Source of the DNA: Eubacteriales bacterium
GTDB lineage: Bacteria; Bacillota; Clostridia; Oscillospirales; CAG-272
Direction of reading: 5' to 3'
Assembly (NCBI GenBank): GCA_045646755.1
Contig: JAZRLJ010000137.1
Coordinates: 1-35,962, forward strand
DNA length: 35,962 nucleotides
Every line of letters begins with the position of its first letter. Position 1 is the first letter of the stretch. The translations under genes were made by a program, and so were the position numbers. Under the pieces are notes generated by a model. The model searched no databases, had not been told where the DNA came from, and worked only from the letters and a program-made list of their open reading frames with translations. Of this stretch, positions 26,801-35,631 are shown piece by piece.

Positions 26801-26898
26801 GCGGCAATCGAAACGAGCATAACGCTAAGAAGAATAAGCAAAAGGCGTCTTTTTTGTTTTTGCCTTGAAAGGCGGATAATTTCCTGTCTGGATTTCAT
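23830..26898 (-). CDS. Large membrane-anchored DUF4340-like protein with three internal FKBP-like repeats
   Basis: 1022 aa with an N-terminal TM. LRGFGLDDPQVVISF...IKIGDRNVTGFGYY and DRYGLYTHTVYF...LFIS are DUF4340-type segments. Located directly downstream of the GldG-like genes, the usual DUF4340 context. Confidence 0.65.
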   Translation of the reverse strand: MKSRQEIIRLSRQKQKRRLLLILLSVMLVSIAAAILLVSIMSGDNSSSPKSDPPEILAGESLENNYPIAYPTVQESQIQRIIITNKASYKDYFGEDKAPKTSYALVRDDDFDGQFVLYYEDKDKNTKIYYPKVANEDVTFDYESLYSVEQSDGYGRIYKLTYLCVALELPYFTDRIALLPEGEKQESQLRGFGLDDPQVVISFDYVNENKETVTRNIKIGDRNVTGFGYYFMVTEETKSASGTKIEYRPYIYNSMAEYYNYAMLGFYSYVNSILVSAGLEEDSSYEPYLTTDYKQWKNSKIEAVGTPIEKDSTAIAVAKILTPVESRLDKTEYEKDKDRFILDQEYNAELDKYEDGYHKGKASAIEIDLSKKDGYEKFAKALVGQTIGVFGEKIVVTLHTDTKNLYLDENTASVTYTYEITEIESIITDGADVTALGTTVGDNNLVRVKYKLKINGKSASEVYQHGVLDLSNTKIDSATIRAAKIGELSSPINLTVVYTAENSINKNVKYVVDEIIEIYNEKGQIVDIVTDKCQVYYRYCFYINGVKTEYETGAVNFATDTSDFAEKLKAVFVGKDLTKKEEVKNLGIKLFEYTSYYEYMQDFITYEIGEVKAFVVSKLISAFAFQNKSERDSFYGESIYENKMTDKNSLYAINSATCETVVKMLGGIADNSNTSAGLVGIENVAVGITPEMKDRYGLYTHTVYFELPRGVISIDSGESETVDDYSQYQKLGFTLFISDETFDPDLGMYVRFVGSDMYDIISKVDAEKLKFLNYVDEDTAFVEFWARKSLMIFDINNLESLRFEFLMDDLKGDYEFYIPHISKDENSFDVVATEKCLVSGTRVHTETCGCRLTKLTELRGEKSSANISLLYTKYFVTDGDRHLNSAGFLLYGSNPNGDTAGVGYFRELVGGIYSTSYGGYLTMAEQQEALNSPLLMRMSVKLDQETAENTTTDLHVYEFYRLDDRRIMVCQYQADAKGNVTTEKVTDFYISTLAFKRIVGNAFAVLNAEVVDQDVAYPEVSK

Positions 26899-26909
26899 CT
26901 TTTGCTCCT

Positions 26910-28577
26910 TTACATGAATTTGCGCTTAACGTGTATTACCACGCCAAAAACAAGCGCCACTATAGGAAGAATGGCTACGGCTACAGAAATAAGAATCTTA
27001 GCTGTCTGTCCGATTCCTCGATTTACGATTATACTCTCGCCGTCGGAAGAAATCTCGCTTGTATCCTGCTCCGAAAGAGCGGTGCTGAGAATTTCTTTAC
27101 CTCCTACTCTGTCGGTATTAAGGGTACTGCCTCCAAGGTCGCTGGAAGCGTATATATCTCTTCTTGAAATATTATTTACAAGCGCTGACATAATATCGAA
27201 ATTAGCATACGAAGGATTGCCGAGAAGCTCGTTTGAGAAGAAATCTCCGTCGTTAACGCAGAAGACGTAAGAATAAGTATAGTTTGCCGTATAATTGTCA
27301 AATCCGGTTCTAACGCTTACAGCGGCAATATCATAACTGTCTGCATCACCAAGCGGATTTCCTGATGAATACGGTACGGAAGTGTTAGGGGATTTTATAA
27401 AGCTCGTATAAACTCTTCTCACGTCAAATGAGCCGGACTCAAAAATCGAGGAGTCAGCACCGAATGAACACTCAATGTATCCAGTACCATCGAAAAGAGT
27501 CTTGGGGGCAGAGGAGATAGAAGAAAAATCTCCGTATATAGCGTAAGCATAGCTTGTCTCGTCAGTATCGTAAACGCCGTTCATAATCTCCGTCTTATTA
27601 TCCGAAGCAATTGGCTTGCTTGTATCCTGAGGAACTGAAAGAGTAGAATCGGAGAGCTTGAATCCCCACTCCTCCAGATACCTCTCAAAGTAAGGAAGAG
27701 AAAGAGTCGGGTCCTTCGCTATCATAAGCGAACCCTGGTCCTCGGTAAGATACCTGTCTATCTTTTCAATTTCAGATTCATAGAAAAAACTGCCGAGACT
27801 ACTTTCGTCGGAAATAAAATCCTCCGTAGGATTATTTATTACGAGAACTGCGCAGTCGCTCGGTACGACTGAGCCCGGGACGGAGAGATCGAGAATCTCC
27901 ACGCGAAGACCTCTGTCTATAAACAGATTTTTAAACTGCTCCGCCGCAAGAGTTCCCGCGCTTTCAAGAGAGTTCTTATCATAGCACGTCTCACCGTGTC
28001 CGGTAAGGAAATACGCCGCAGGGTCACCGTCGTTTGCGCGTGTCACGGACTTAAGCAGTGTAGCGAGCTTGTATTCTCCATTATAATAAGCATACTGCTC
28101 TCCGTCGCTGGAGGTCCAGAAGCTCTGTGCTGATACGATACGGTATCTGTCTCCGTATGCAATTATAACGTCAGAGGTTTTAATCTGCGTCAATGAGGTC
28201 GCCTTGTATTTTGCAACCTTTGTAGGATTGAAATTTACATTTTCTGCCTCAACGGTGATATTCTTAAAAATCTTACGAAGCTTAAGAGCCATAAAATAGG
28301 TGGTTCTCGTAACGGTGCTGTCCATAAGAGCATCGGGGTCGTCGCAGAAAATTATTTTAACTTCCTTTTCATTATCAATCTCGTTTAGGAAGGAACATTC
28401 CTTCACCATTATATCGGAAACCGTGTAAAGCTCCTCGGGTGTCATATCAATATAGATATTGTTATTTAAACCCAGAATCGAAAACAGGAGATTGAGTCCA
28501 AAAAGAACTACTATCATAGCAAGCGTAATCAACGCAAAAATGCGACTGCGCTTACTTTTAGCCTTAAGTATTTTCAT
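26910..28577 (-). CDS. GldG-like ABC transporter auxiliary/extracytoplasmic component (copy 2)
   Basis: N- and C-terminal TM helices. IDMTPEELYTVSD, YNGEYKL, AYFLTGHGE, VPSDCAVLVINNPTEDF and IDRYLTEDQGSLM motifs. Confidence 0.85.
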   Translation of the reverse strand: MKILKAKSKRSRIFALITLAMIVVLFGLNLLFSILGLNNNIYIDMTPEELYTVSDIMVKECSFLNEIDNEKEVKIIFCDDPDALMDSTVTRTTYFMALKLRKIFKNITVEAENVNFNPTKVAKYKATSLTQIKTSDVIIAYGDRYRIVSAQSFWTSSDGEQYAYYNGEYKLATLLKSVTRANDGDPAAYFLTGHGETCYDKNSLESAGTLAAEQFKNLFIDRGLRVEILDLSVPGSVVPSDCAVLVINNPTEDFISDESSLGSFFYESEIEKIDRYLTEDQGSLMIAKDPTLSLPYFERYLEEWGFKLSDSTLSVPQDTSKPIASDNKTEIMNGVYDTDETSYAYAIYGDFSSISSAPKTLFDGTGYIECSFGADSSIFESGSFDVRRVYTSFIKSPNTSVPYSSGNPLGDADSYDIAAVSVRTGFDNYTANYTYSYVFCVNDGDFFSNELLGNPSYANFDIMSALVNNISRRDIYASSDLGGSTLNTDRVGGKEILSTALSEQDTSEISSDGESIIVNRGIGQTAKILISVAVAILPIVALVFGVVIHVKRKFM

Positions 28578-28581
28578 TAGC

Positions 28582-30144
28582 TTACCTATACTTTCTCTTA
28601 GATACGATAACGATTCCCGTTATTGCTATAGCAACGGGCAGCGTCATAATTAAAGCGGTATAAAGTCTCGCTTTTCCCATAGTGAGATTCTCAAGCGTGG
28701 TAACCTCCCAGCGCATGACGTTACAACCGTATGGCATACCGTCCTGACCGTAGAAGTTATCAAAAAGCGAGTAAAAGAAATCCGTGTTTGAATATCCGTC
28801 CGTAATAAGCGCGTCAGCAACCGACATATAGATGCTCGACACTACGCAAACGGATGCTTCCATCTCACCGCCTACGTTTACCTTAGCGCACGCTGCAACG
28901 GGGTAAGAGCCCTTTTTATCAACCTGTTCACCCGATGCATAGAGCGACGAAGAAGGAGTAGATACGAGAAGAGGAATAGCAGTGCCCGAAAGCTCAAGAG
29001 CTGCCGCCTGTCTTATGATAACGCTTCCCTCGGAATAATTATCTACAGTTCCCTCAACGGATTTTGCAATATCATTGTCCGCGAAATCTGCTACGAGAGT
29101 AAATCCGTCGGAGGTAATAGCGTTAGTAGAGTCCTTGATTATATTTCTTACGGGCTTGTTTTCCGATACGGTCTCGGAGAACTTGATGCCCCACTCGGCA
29201 AGCATTCCTTCAAATACGGGTAGCTTACCTACGTATGGGTCAAAAGCAACGTAAAGGTTCTTTCCCTTTTCGATGTAGGTCTTAAGTCGCTCCTTCTCAG
29301 TACGGACACCTGAGCCCGCTACTGCCTCCTCAAAATCGCTGAGGGGATTTGAGATTATAAGAAGGTCTGCGTCGGCAGGCACGTCTTCCGTCTTAAGGTC
29401 AACGGTGTCAATGTAATATCCCGCAGAAACGAGAAGGTTGAGAAAAGCTCTGTCAAACTGCTCGCTGTGACCTACGGTAAAATAAGCAGTTGGGTGACTG
29501 TTAACAGTTACCCAATGTATCATAGAAGCCATGTAAGCCTCGCCGTTATACGAGGTTACCTGCATCTCAGAGTCAAGAGTATAGAAATCTGCAAACGCAG
29601 CGGAGGTATAGGTATCGGTTACTACCTTGTAGCTTTCGCCACACTCAAAAATTACACTTCCCTTTGCGAGATAATTTTTGTTGCCTCGCATATCGGTCTG
29701 CCATTTCTGTATTTTCTCACTTACGTCTTCGCCACGATTATTCTGTCTTGTAATCAAATTAAGATATTCTATGTTGATAAAATCGCCATATCTCTCCTTG
29801 AATTTGAGAGCTGTGCTATGCACGTACGCGCCCGTCTCGTGGGCCTCAAGGTCATCAGCGCTCGGAAAACAGAAATACACCTTAACCTTTTTCTCACTGT
29901 TTATTGCATCCGCAAAGAGCGAATCGGTGTTTCCCGACAGGACGAGAGCGTCCTTCTCTCTTGTAGTAAAGGAAAGACCGAAAATCGACGCAAGAGCAAA
30001 TACCGCTATGTTGAAAACGAGAACGGTCACTATGAGCACCGCGGTCAGAATACCGGACGAAGCTCTCTCGTTATCAAGCACACGGTCTATCCTTTCCGTG
30101 AAGCCCACTCGCTCTGCGGCCTCATTGTTTTTTAATTTTCTCAT
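28582..30144 (-). CDS. GldG-like ABC transporter auxiliary/extracytoplasmic component (copy 1)
   Basis: N- and C-terminal TM helices. YNGEAYM, AYFTVGHSE, VPADADLLIISNPLSDF, YVAFDP and YSNTDFF motifs. Confidence 0.85.
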   Translation of the reverse strand: MRKLKNNEAAERVGFTERIDRVLDNERASSGILTAVLIVTVLVFNIAVFALASIFGLSFTTREKDALVLSGNTDSLFADAINSEKKVKVYFCFPSADDLEAHETGAYVHSTALKFKERYGDFINIEYLNLITRQNNRGEDVSEKIQKWQTDMRGNKNYLAKGSVIFECGESYKVVTDTYTSAAFADFYTLDSEMQVTSYNGEAYMASMIHWVTVNSHPTAYFTVGHSEQFDRAFLNLLVSAGYYIDTVDLKTEDVPADADLLIISNPLSDFEEAVAGSGVRTEKERLKTYIEKGKNLYVAFDPYVGKLPVFEGMLAEWGIKFSETVSENKPVRNIIKDSTNAITSDGFTLVADFADNDIAKSVEGTVDNYSEGSVIIRQAAALELSGTAIPLLVSTPSSSLYASGEQVDKKGSYPVAACAKVNVGGEMEASVCVVSSIYMSVADALITDGYSNTDFFYSLFDNFYGQDGMPYGCNVMRWEVTTLENLTMGKARLYTALIMTLPVAIAITGIVIVSKRKYR

Positions 30145-30159
30145 ATTCTACGGCACCTC

Positions 30160-30867
30160 TCAGTTGTAACGGCGGCGGTCGTAAATACGAACCGTAAGAT
30201 AAAGGAATACAAAAGCAACCGAGATATAGTAAATGAGAGACGCAACGTCAAGATAACCGGCAGTGAAGCCCTGGAATCTTGAGAATATCGAAATAAAGTC
30301 GAATATATAGCGAGCCGTGTAATCTGAGGGAATGAGGTTTCCAATAAGACCGATGGCAAGGAAGCCGAGTATAATAGCCATTGTTCCTATGGCAGCGGAA
30401 AGCTGATTCTCGGTGAGAGAGGAAACGAAAAGTCCGATTGCTATATATACCATTCCTACGAGAAGTATCGCAAAGAGATTTCCTATAAGCACCGCAACCT
30501 TAAGGGTGGCGTAATTTGTAAGGAAAACGAAATAAAACGAGCTGATAACCATACATCCGGCAAAAACGGTGTACGCAGCAAGGAACTTACCGCTTACAAT
30601 TCCGATAATTGACACGGGAGAGGTGAGAAGCAGCTGCTCGGTCTTTGCCTTTCTCTCTTCGGAGAATGACTTCATAGTAAGAAGAGGAAGCATAACCGAG
30701 GATATTATCAGCATAAACGTGTAGAAACTGGTAACGTTAGACGACATTGAAAATAAAGTGGTGTAGCAGAATACCGCGCCTGCAATGGCGAGGTAAAGCA
30801 CCAAAAATACGTAACCTATAACGCTGGTAAAATACGAGCGCATTTCCTTTTTATAAACAGCAAGCAT
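30160..30867 (-). CDS. GldF-like ABC-2 type permease
   Basis: AVYKKEMRSYFTS, PLLTMKSFSEERKAKTEQLLLTSPVS..GKFLA and IGLFVSSLTENQ motifs. About 6 TM segments. Confidence 0.92.
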   Translation of the reverse strand: MLAVYKKEMRSYFTSVIGYVFLVLYLAIAGAVFCYTTLFSMSSNVTSFYTFMLIISSVMLPLLTMKSFSEERKAKTEQLLLTSPVSIIGIVSGKFLAAYTVFAGCMVISSFYFVFLTNYATLKVAVLIGNLFAILLVGMVYIAIGLFVSSLTENQLSAAIGTMAIILGFLAIGLIGNLIPSDYTARYIFDFISIFSRFQGFTAGYLDVASLIYYISVAFVFLYLTVRIYDRRRYN

Positions 30868-30879
30868 CGCTTAACCTCC

Positions 30880-31857
30880 TCAGTGAATTCTCGAGCGCTT
30901 GTCTTTTTTGAGAAGAGCCTGTCCCTCAGAGCGCTCAACGAGTCTGATGAATATTGTTTCAAGATCAGTTCCCACGGGACTGAGTCCGAGAATTGCCCAA
31001 CCCATTCTTGAGCAGAGATTGAATACCGATTTGCGAATGTCAATTCCTCTCTCGCTCTCTACGACGAAGGAATACGAATCCATATCTCTCTCTCCTGTAG
31101 CAACGGCACTCTTAACACCGTTTATCTTTGCTATAGAAGAAGCAACCTCCTTCTCCGGACCGCAAATCTTGAACTGATACTGATATCCGTCCTCTATAGT
31201 ACGGGTAAGCTCAGAGGTCTTCTCGTTTGCAATTATCTTACCCTTGTTGATAATAACGACTCTCTCGCACACTGCCTGTACCTCGGCAAGAATGTGTGTC
31301 GACAGGATTACGGTATGCTTCTTTGCAAGTGAACGGAGAAGATTTCTGACCTCAAGAATCTGCTTGGGGTCGAGACCTACGGTAGGTTCGTCGAATATTA
31401 TTACCTTGGGGTCGTTAATAAGCGCCTGAGCTATTCCTACTCTCTGCTTATAACCCTTGGAAAGATTCTTTATAAGACGGTTTCTTACGTCTCCGAGTCT
31501 TACTACGGAAAGAACCTCCTCAAGATGAGGACCTCTCTCAAGCTCGCATCCCTTGAGCTCATACACGAAATTAAGGTATTCCATAACCGTCATATCGGGA
31601 TATATGGGCGGCTGCTCGGGAAGGAATCCTATATATTTTTTTGCCTCGATGGGATTCTCAACTATGTTTATTTCGTTGACGTAGGCAGCGCCCGAGGTCG
31701 CGGAAAGGTATCCCGTGAGAATATTCATAGTGGTACTCTTACCGGCGCCGTTAGGACCGAGAAGACCAACTATCTCTCCCTCTGCAATTTCAAAGCTTAC
31801 GTCGTCTAAGGCGTAGTTTGTTCCATATCTTTTTACAAGATTTTCAACTCTTATCAT
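30880..31857 (-). CDS. GldA-like ABC transporter ATP-binding protein
   Basis: Walker A GPNGAGKST, signature LSKGYKQR, Walker B IIFDEPT and H-loop STHIL. Confidence 0.95.
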   Translation of the reverse strand: MIRVENLVKRYGTNYALDDVSFEIAEGEIVGLLGPNGAGKSTTMNILTGYLSATSGAAYVNEINIVENPIEAKKYIGFLPEQPPIYPDMTVMEYLNFVYELKGCELERGPHLEEVLSVVRLGDVRNRLIKNLSKGYKQRVGIAQALINDPKVIIFDEPTVGLDPKQILEVRNLLRSLAKKHTVILSTHILAEVQAVCERVVIINKGKIIANEKTSELTRTIEDGYQYQFKICGPEKEVASSIAKINGVKSAVATGERDMDSYSFVVESERGIDIRKSVFNLCSRMGWAILGLSPVGTDLETIFIRLVERSEGQALLKKDKRSRIH

Positions 31858-32025
31858 TTCTGTTTATCGGACTATCCGATTTCCTTTCAAAAGGTTACTC
31901 GGCGACAATATCGCAGTTATATATTATAATATATAATTATAAACAAAGTGTGAACAAAATGCATATATTTAAGATTTAAATAAAAATATTGTGTTAACTA
32001 TGGTTTAAAAAGCATATAATTCGGC

Positions 32026-32054
32026 TTGACAAATTCGGGTTTTTGCAGTATAAT
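32026..32054 (+). promoter_or_regulatory. Consensus sigma-A promoter of glyA-trpS
   Basis: TTGACA-17 nt-TATAAT. Confidence 0.85.
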
Positions 32055-32099
32055 AAGATGGTTTATTATATAGGTTACATCTAACTTGGAGGAACAAAA

Positions 32100-33344
32100 A
32101 TGAGAGAGTATTCACTTTTAAAGAAAAACGATCCCGAGGTCTTTGCAGCAGTAGAAAAGGAAACTGCAAGACAGCGTAACAAAATAGAGCTTATCGCTTC
32201 GGAGAACTTTGTTTCCGAAACCGTAATGGAAGCAAACGGCACCACCCTTACCAACAAGTATGCCGAGGGCTATCCTGCAAAGAGATACTACGGCGGTTGC
32301 GAGAACGTAGATATCGTTGAGAATATCGCAATTGAGAGAGCAAAGGAGCTCTTCGGTGCAGGCTACGCAAACGTTCAGCCGCACTCCGGCGCTCAGGCAA
32401 ATATGGCGACCTTCTTCGCCCTTCTAGAGCCCGGTGATACCGTTCTTTCCATGAGTCTTGCTCATGGCGGTCACCTCTCACACGGCTCACCCGTAAATAT
32501 GTCGGGTAAGTACTGGAAAATAGTTCCCTACGGCGTCGGACGTGAAACCGGAAGAATAGATTACGAAGAGGTAAGAAGACTTGCGCTTGAATGCAAGCCT
32601 AAGCTCATTCTCGCAGGCGCTTCAGCTTACCCCAGAATCATAGATTTCAAGAAATTCAGAGAGATTGCAGACGAGGTTGGCGCTTACCTTATGGTAGATA
32701 TGGCGCATATCGCAGGACTTGTTGCGGCAGGCGTTCATCCTAATCCCGTTCCTTACGCTCATGTAACAACCACGACCACTCACAAGACCCTCAGAGGTCC
32801 GAGAGGCGGTCTTATCCTCACCAACGACGAGGAGCTTGCAAAGAAAATCAACAAGGCTATATTCCCCGGTATCCAGGGCGGTCCTCTTATGCACACCATA
32901 ACCGCTAAGGCAGTTTGCTTCGGCGAAGCTCTCAAGCCTGAATTTACCGAGTATGCAAAGCAGATAGTAAAGAACTGCGCGGTTCTTGCAGAGAAGCTCT
33001 CCGCGGCAGGCTTCGGTCTTGTTTCCGGCGGTACCGACAACCACCTCATTCTCGTTGACCTTACCGGTATGAAGGTTGATACGGGCAAAGAGGCAGAGCA
33101 CCTTCTTGACGAGGTAGGAATCACCACGAACAAGAATGCAGTTCCCTTCGATATTCAGAAGCCCTTTGTAACCAGCGGTATCCGTCTCGGTACTGCGGCC
33201 GTAACCTCCAGAGGCTTTAAGGAGGACGATATGGCAGAGGTTGCAGAGCTTATCACCCTCACCCTCACCGACTTTGATAAAAATGCAGACGAGGTTCGCA
33301 GAAGAGTCAAGGCTCTTTGCGAAAAATACCCTCTCTACGAATAA
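32100..33344 (+). CDS. glyA: Serine hydroxymethyltransferase
   Basis: [40 protein letters not shown] (PLP lysine) and SGIRLGT motifs. Confidence 0.99.
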   Translation: MREYSLLKKNDPEVFAAVEKETARQRNKIELIASENFVSETVMEANGTTLTNKYAEGYPAKRYYGGCENVDIVENIAIERAKELFGAGYANVQPHSGAQANMATFFALLEPGDTVLSMSLAHGGHLSHGSPVNMSGKYWKIVPYGVGRETGRIDYEEVRRLALECKPKLILAGASAYPRIIDFKKFREIADEVGAYLMVDMAHIAGLVAAGVHPNPVPYAHVTTTTTHKTLRGPRGGLILTNDEELAKKINKAIFPGIQGGPLMHTITAKAVCFGEALKPEFTEYAKQIVKNCAVLAEKLSAAGFGLVSGGTDNHLILVDLTGMKVDTGKEAEHLLDEVGITTNKNAVPFDIQKPFVTSGIRLGTAAVTSRGFKEDDMAEVAELITLTLTDFDKNADEVRRRVKALCEKYPLYE

Positions 33345-33362
33345 TTTGATACAGGAGCGCTT

Positions 33363-34358
33363 ATGAACGGCGATATGAAGACGGTATTCTCGGGAGTTCA
33401 GCCCTCGGGAAACCTCACGATAGGAAATTACCTCGGGGCAATAAAGAACTTTACCACGTTCCCCGACGATTACAAGAAATTTTACTGTGTTGTTGACCTA
33501 CACGCAATAACCGTGAGACAGGTTCCCGCGGACCTGCGCAGAAGAACCTACGAAACCTTGGCTCTATATATGGCGTGCGGCCTTGACGAGACGAAGAACA
33601 CTCTCTTTGTTCAGTCTCACGTTCCCGCTCACGCAGAGCTTGGATGGATACTCGACTGCTACACTATGTTCGGCGAGCTTTCAAGAATGACTCAGTTCAA
33701 GGACAAGAGCCTCAAAAACGCTCAGAATATAAACGCGGGACTCTTTACTTACCCTGCGCTTATGGCAGCAGATATGCTTCTCTACCAGACCGACATCGTT
33801 CCTGTCGGCATCGACCAGAAGCAACACCTTGAGCTTGCGCGCGACGTCGCAATGAGATTTAACCAGATTTATTCGGATACCTTCACCGTGCCCGAAGGTT
33901 ATATCAATCCCGACACAATGAAGATTATGTCACTTGCAGAGCCCGCCTCCAAGATGTCAAAATCTGATGCAAACCAGAACGCAGTAGTATATATACTCGA
34001 CTCCAAGGACGATATAATCAGAAAGTTCAAGAGAGCTGTAACCGACTCGGATACCGTAGTAAGATACGCAGAGGACAAGCCCGGCATCTCCAACCTTATG
34101 ACTATATACAAGGCGTTCACCGGCAAGAGCTACGACGAAATTGAGAGAGAGTTTGACGGCAAGGGATACGGAGACTTCAAACTTGCCGTAGGTGAAGCTA
34201 CGGCAGACGGACTTGCAGAGGTAAGAGATAACTTTGCTCGCCTCATAGCTGACAAGGCTCACCTCGAGGCAGTTATGAAAGCAGGCGCAGAAGACGCTGC
34301 TTATTTTGCAAACAAAACTATGAGAAAAGTAAGAAAAAAGATAGGTTTTGTAAACTAA
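33363..34358 (+). CDS. trpS: Tryptophan--tRNA ligase
   Basis: SGVQPSGNLTIGNYLG, RMTQFKDK, YPALMAAD, VPVGIDQKQHLE and KMSKS motifs. Confidence 0.99.
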   Translation: MNGDMKTVFSGVQPSGNLTIGNYLGAIKNFTTFPDDYKKFYCVVDLHAITVRQVPADLRRRTYETLALYMACGLDETKNTLFVQSHVPAHAELGWILDCYTMFGELSRMTQFKDKSLKNAQNINAGLFTYPALMAADMLLYQTDIVPVGIDQKQHLELARDVAMRFNQIYSDTFTVPEGYINPDTMKIMSLAEPASKMSKSDANQNAVVYILDSKDDIIRKFKRAVTDSDTVVRYAEDKPGISNLMTIYKAFTGKSYDEIEREFDGKGYGDFKLAVGEATADGLAEVRDNFARLIADKAHLEAVMKAGAEDAAYFANKTMRKVRKKIGFVN

Positions 34359-34371
34359 AATTAGCATAATT

Positions 34372-34397
34372 AAAAAAGCGGCTTTTCGCCGCTTTTT
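34372..34397. terminator. Bidirectional rho-independent terminator
   Basis: AAAAAGCGGC-tttc-GCCGCTTTTT between convergent trpS and M20 genes. Confidence 0.85.
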
Positions 34398-34408
34398 CTT
34401 TTTATGTT

Positions 34409-35557
34409 TTACAAGCAATGTATGACTGATGCTATTCTCTTTGCAGCCTCGCCCAGGCTGTCTATAAGTGCGAACTCACCTCTCGAATGAGTTGCGCCGC
34501 CATCTGTAGATATAGAGTCTACGCAGGGTATTCCAGCTATAGTCACGTATGCAGCGTCAGAGCCGCCGTTTGCCGATATTGGGCGAAGCTCAGAGATTTC
34601 ATTCTCTCTGAATATCTCGTTCATTCTTTCAAGAAGTCTTGCGTTTCTTTCGGTGTATTCCATCGGAGGACGGTAGCTGACCTCTTCTACCTCGCACGAA
34701 GTTCCTTCTATAAACGATTTCTCAGCTAAGCTGCGTACAAGCTCATACGCCTCTTCCTTCTCCTTGAGAGTCGCAAAACGGATATCCGCAATAAACTCGC
34801 ACCATTCTGCGACGACGTTCGGGGCCGTTCCGCCCTTTATATTCGTGCAGTTGCAGGTAAGACCACTCTTGCTCTTCATTTTCTCAAGCTCAATAATCTT
34901 GTACGCCGCCTCGCATACAGCGTTCGCACCATCATAACACATTGCCGAGTGAGCCGCCTTACCGTGAACGGTAAGCTTCAATCGAAGGATTCCCTTGCGA
35001 GCGAGAACGGCGGTGTGATTACTCGTTCCCTCAATATTAAGAAACGCCTCAGCACCTTCAGCCTTTTTACATATATATTTGATGGTTTCTTTGCCACTCG
35101 GCATGCTGCTCTTTTCCTCGTCAGACTGAAGCAGAAGCAAAACGGGACGCTCTTCAAATCCACACTGACTTAAAGCATCCATAGCGAGAAGTCCCGCTAC
35201 AATTCCGCCCTTACAATCCTTAGTTCCGGGACCGTACAAGCGGTTTCCCTCACGTCTTACCTTAGGCTCGTCAAAAGAGCCAACCGGATGTACGGTATCC
35301 ATATGCCCAGACAGAGCAATAGGAGACTTTTTTGCATTAGGGTTAAGAGTTATACACACAACATCACCTGATATCTTCTGTGAGCAAACCTCAACCTTCC
35401 AGCCCTTTTCCTCCGCGAAATCAATAAAACAACGTCCTACCTTATCCACGCCCTCTTTATAGTCTGTCGGGCTGTCTATATTGCAGATTTTCTCAAGAAA
35501 ATTCACGTGTTTTTCCCGAAGACTATCAATTGTTTCAAAAAGCTTTTTGCATTTCAT
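34409..35557 (-). CDS. M20 family metallopeptidase (carboxypeptidase G2 / ArgE-DapE-like)
   Basis: GHMDTV, GPGTKDCKGG, SDEE, GKAAHS, GGSDAA and GGATHSRGE motifs. Confidence 0.92.
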   Translation of the reverse strand: MKCKKLFETIDSLREKHVNFLEKICNIDSPTDYKEGVDKVGRCFIDFAEEKGWKVEVCSQKISGDVVCITLNPNAKKSPIALSGHMDTVHPVGSFDEPKVRREGNRLYGPGTKDCKGGIVAGLLAMDALSQCGFEERPVLLLLQSDEEKSSMPSGKETIKYICKKAEGAEAFLNIEGTSNHTAVLARKGILRLKLTVHGKAAHSAMCYDGANAVCEAAYKIIELEKMKSKSGLTCNCTNIKGGTAPNVVAEWCEFIADIRFATLKEKEEAYELVRSLAEKSFIEGTSCEVEEVSYRPPMEYTERNARLLERMNEIFRENEISELRPISANGGSDAAYVTIAGIPCVDSISTDGGATHSRGEFALIDSLGEAAKRIASVIHCL

Positions 35558-35600
35558 ATAAGTTACCGTCCATTTAAAATTATAATTGTATCCTTAGTAT

Positions 35601-35628
35601 ATTATACCACTTTTTTCTTGATTGTAAA
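35601..35628 (-). promoter_or_regulatory. Promoter of the M20 peptidase gene
   Basis: Minus strand TTTACA-16 nt-TATAAT with extended TG. Confidence 0.55.
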
Positions 35629-35631
35629 GAG

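Noticed and set aside
26910-31857. Gliding motility / T9SS interpretation of the gld-like genes
   Set aside because: No gldK/L/M/N or spr-like genes are visible and the context is clostridial. Homology is limited to the ABC module.
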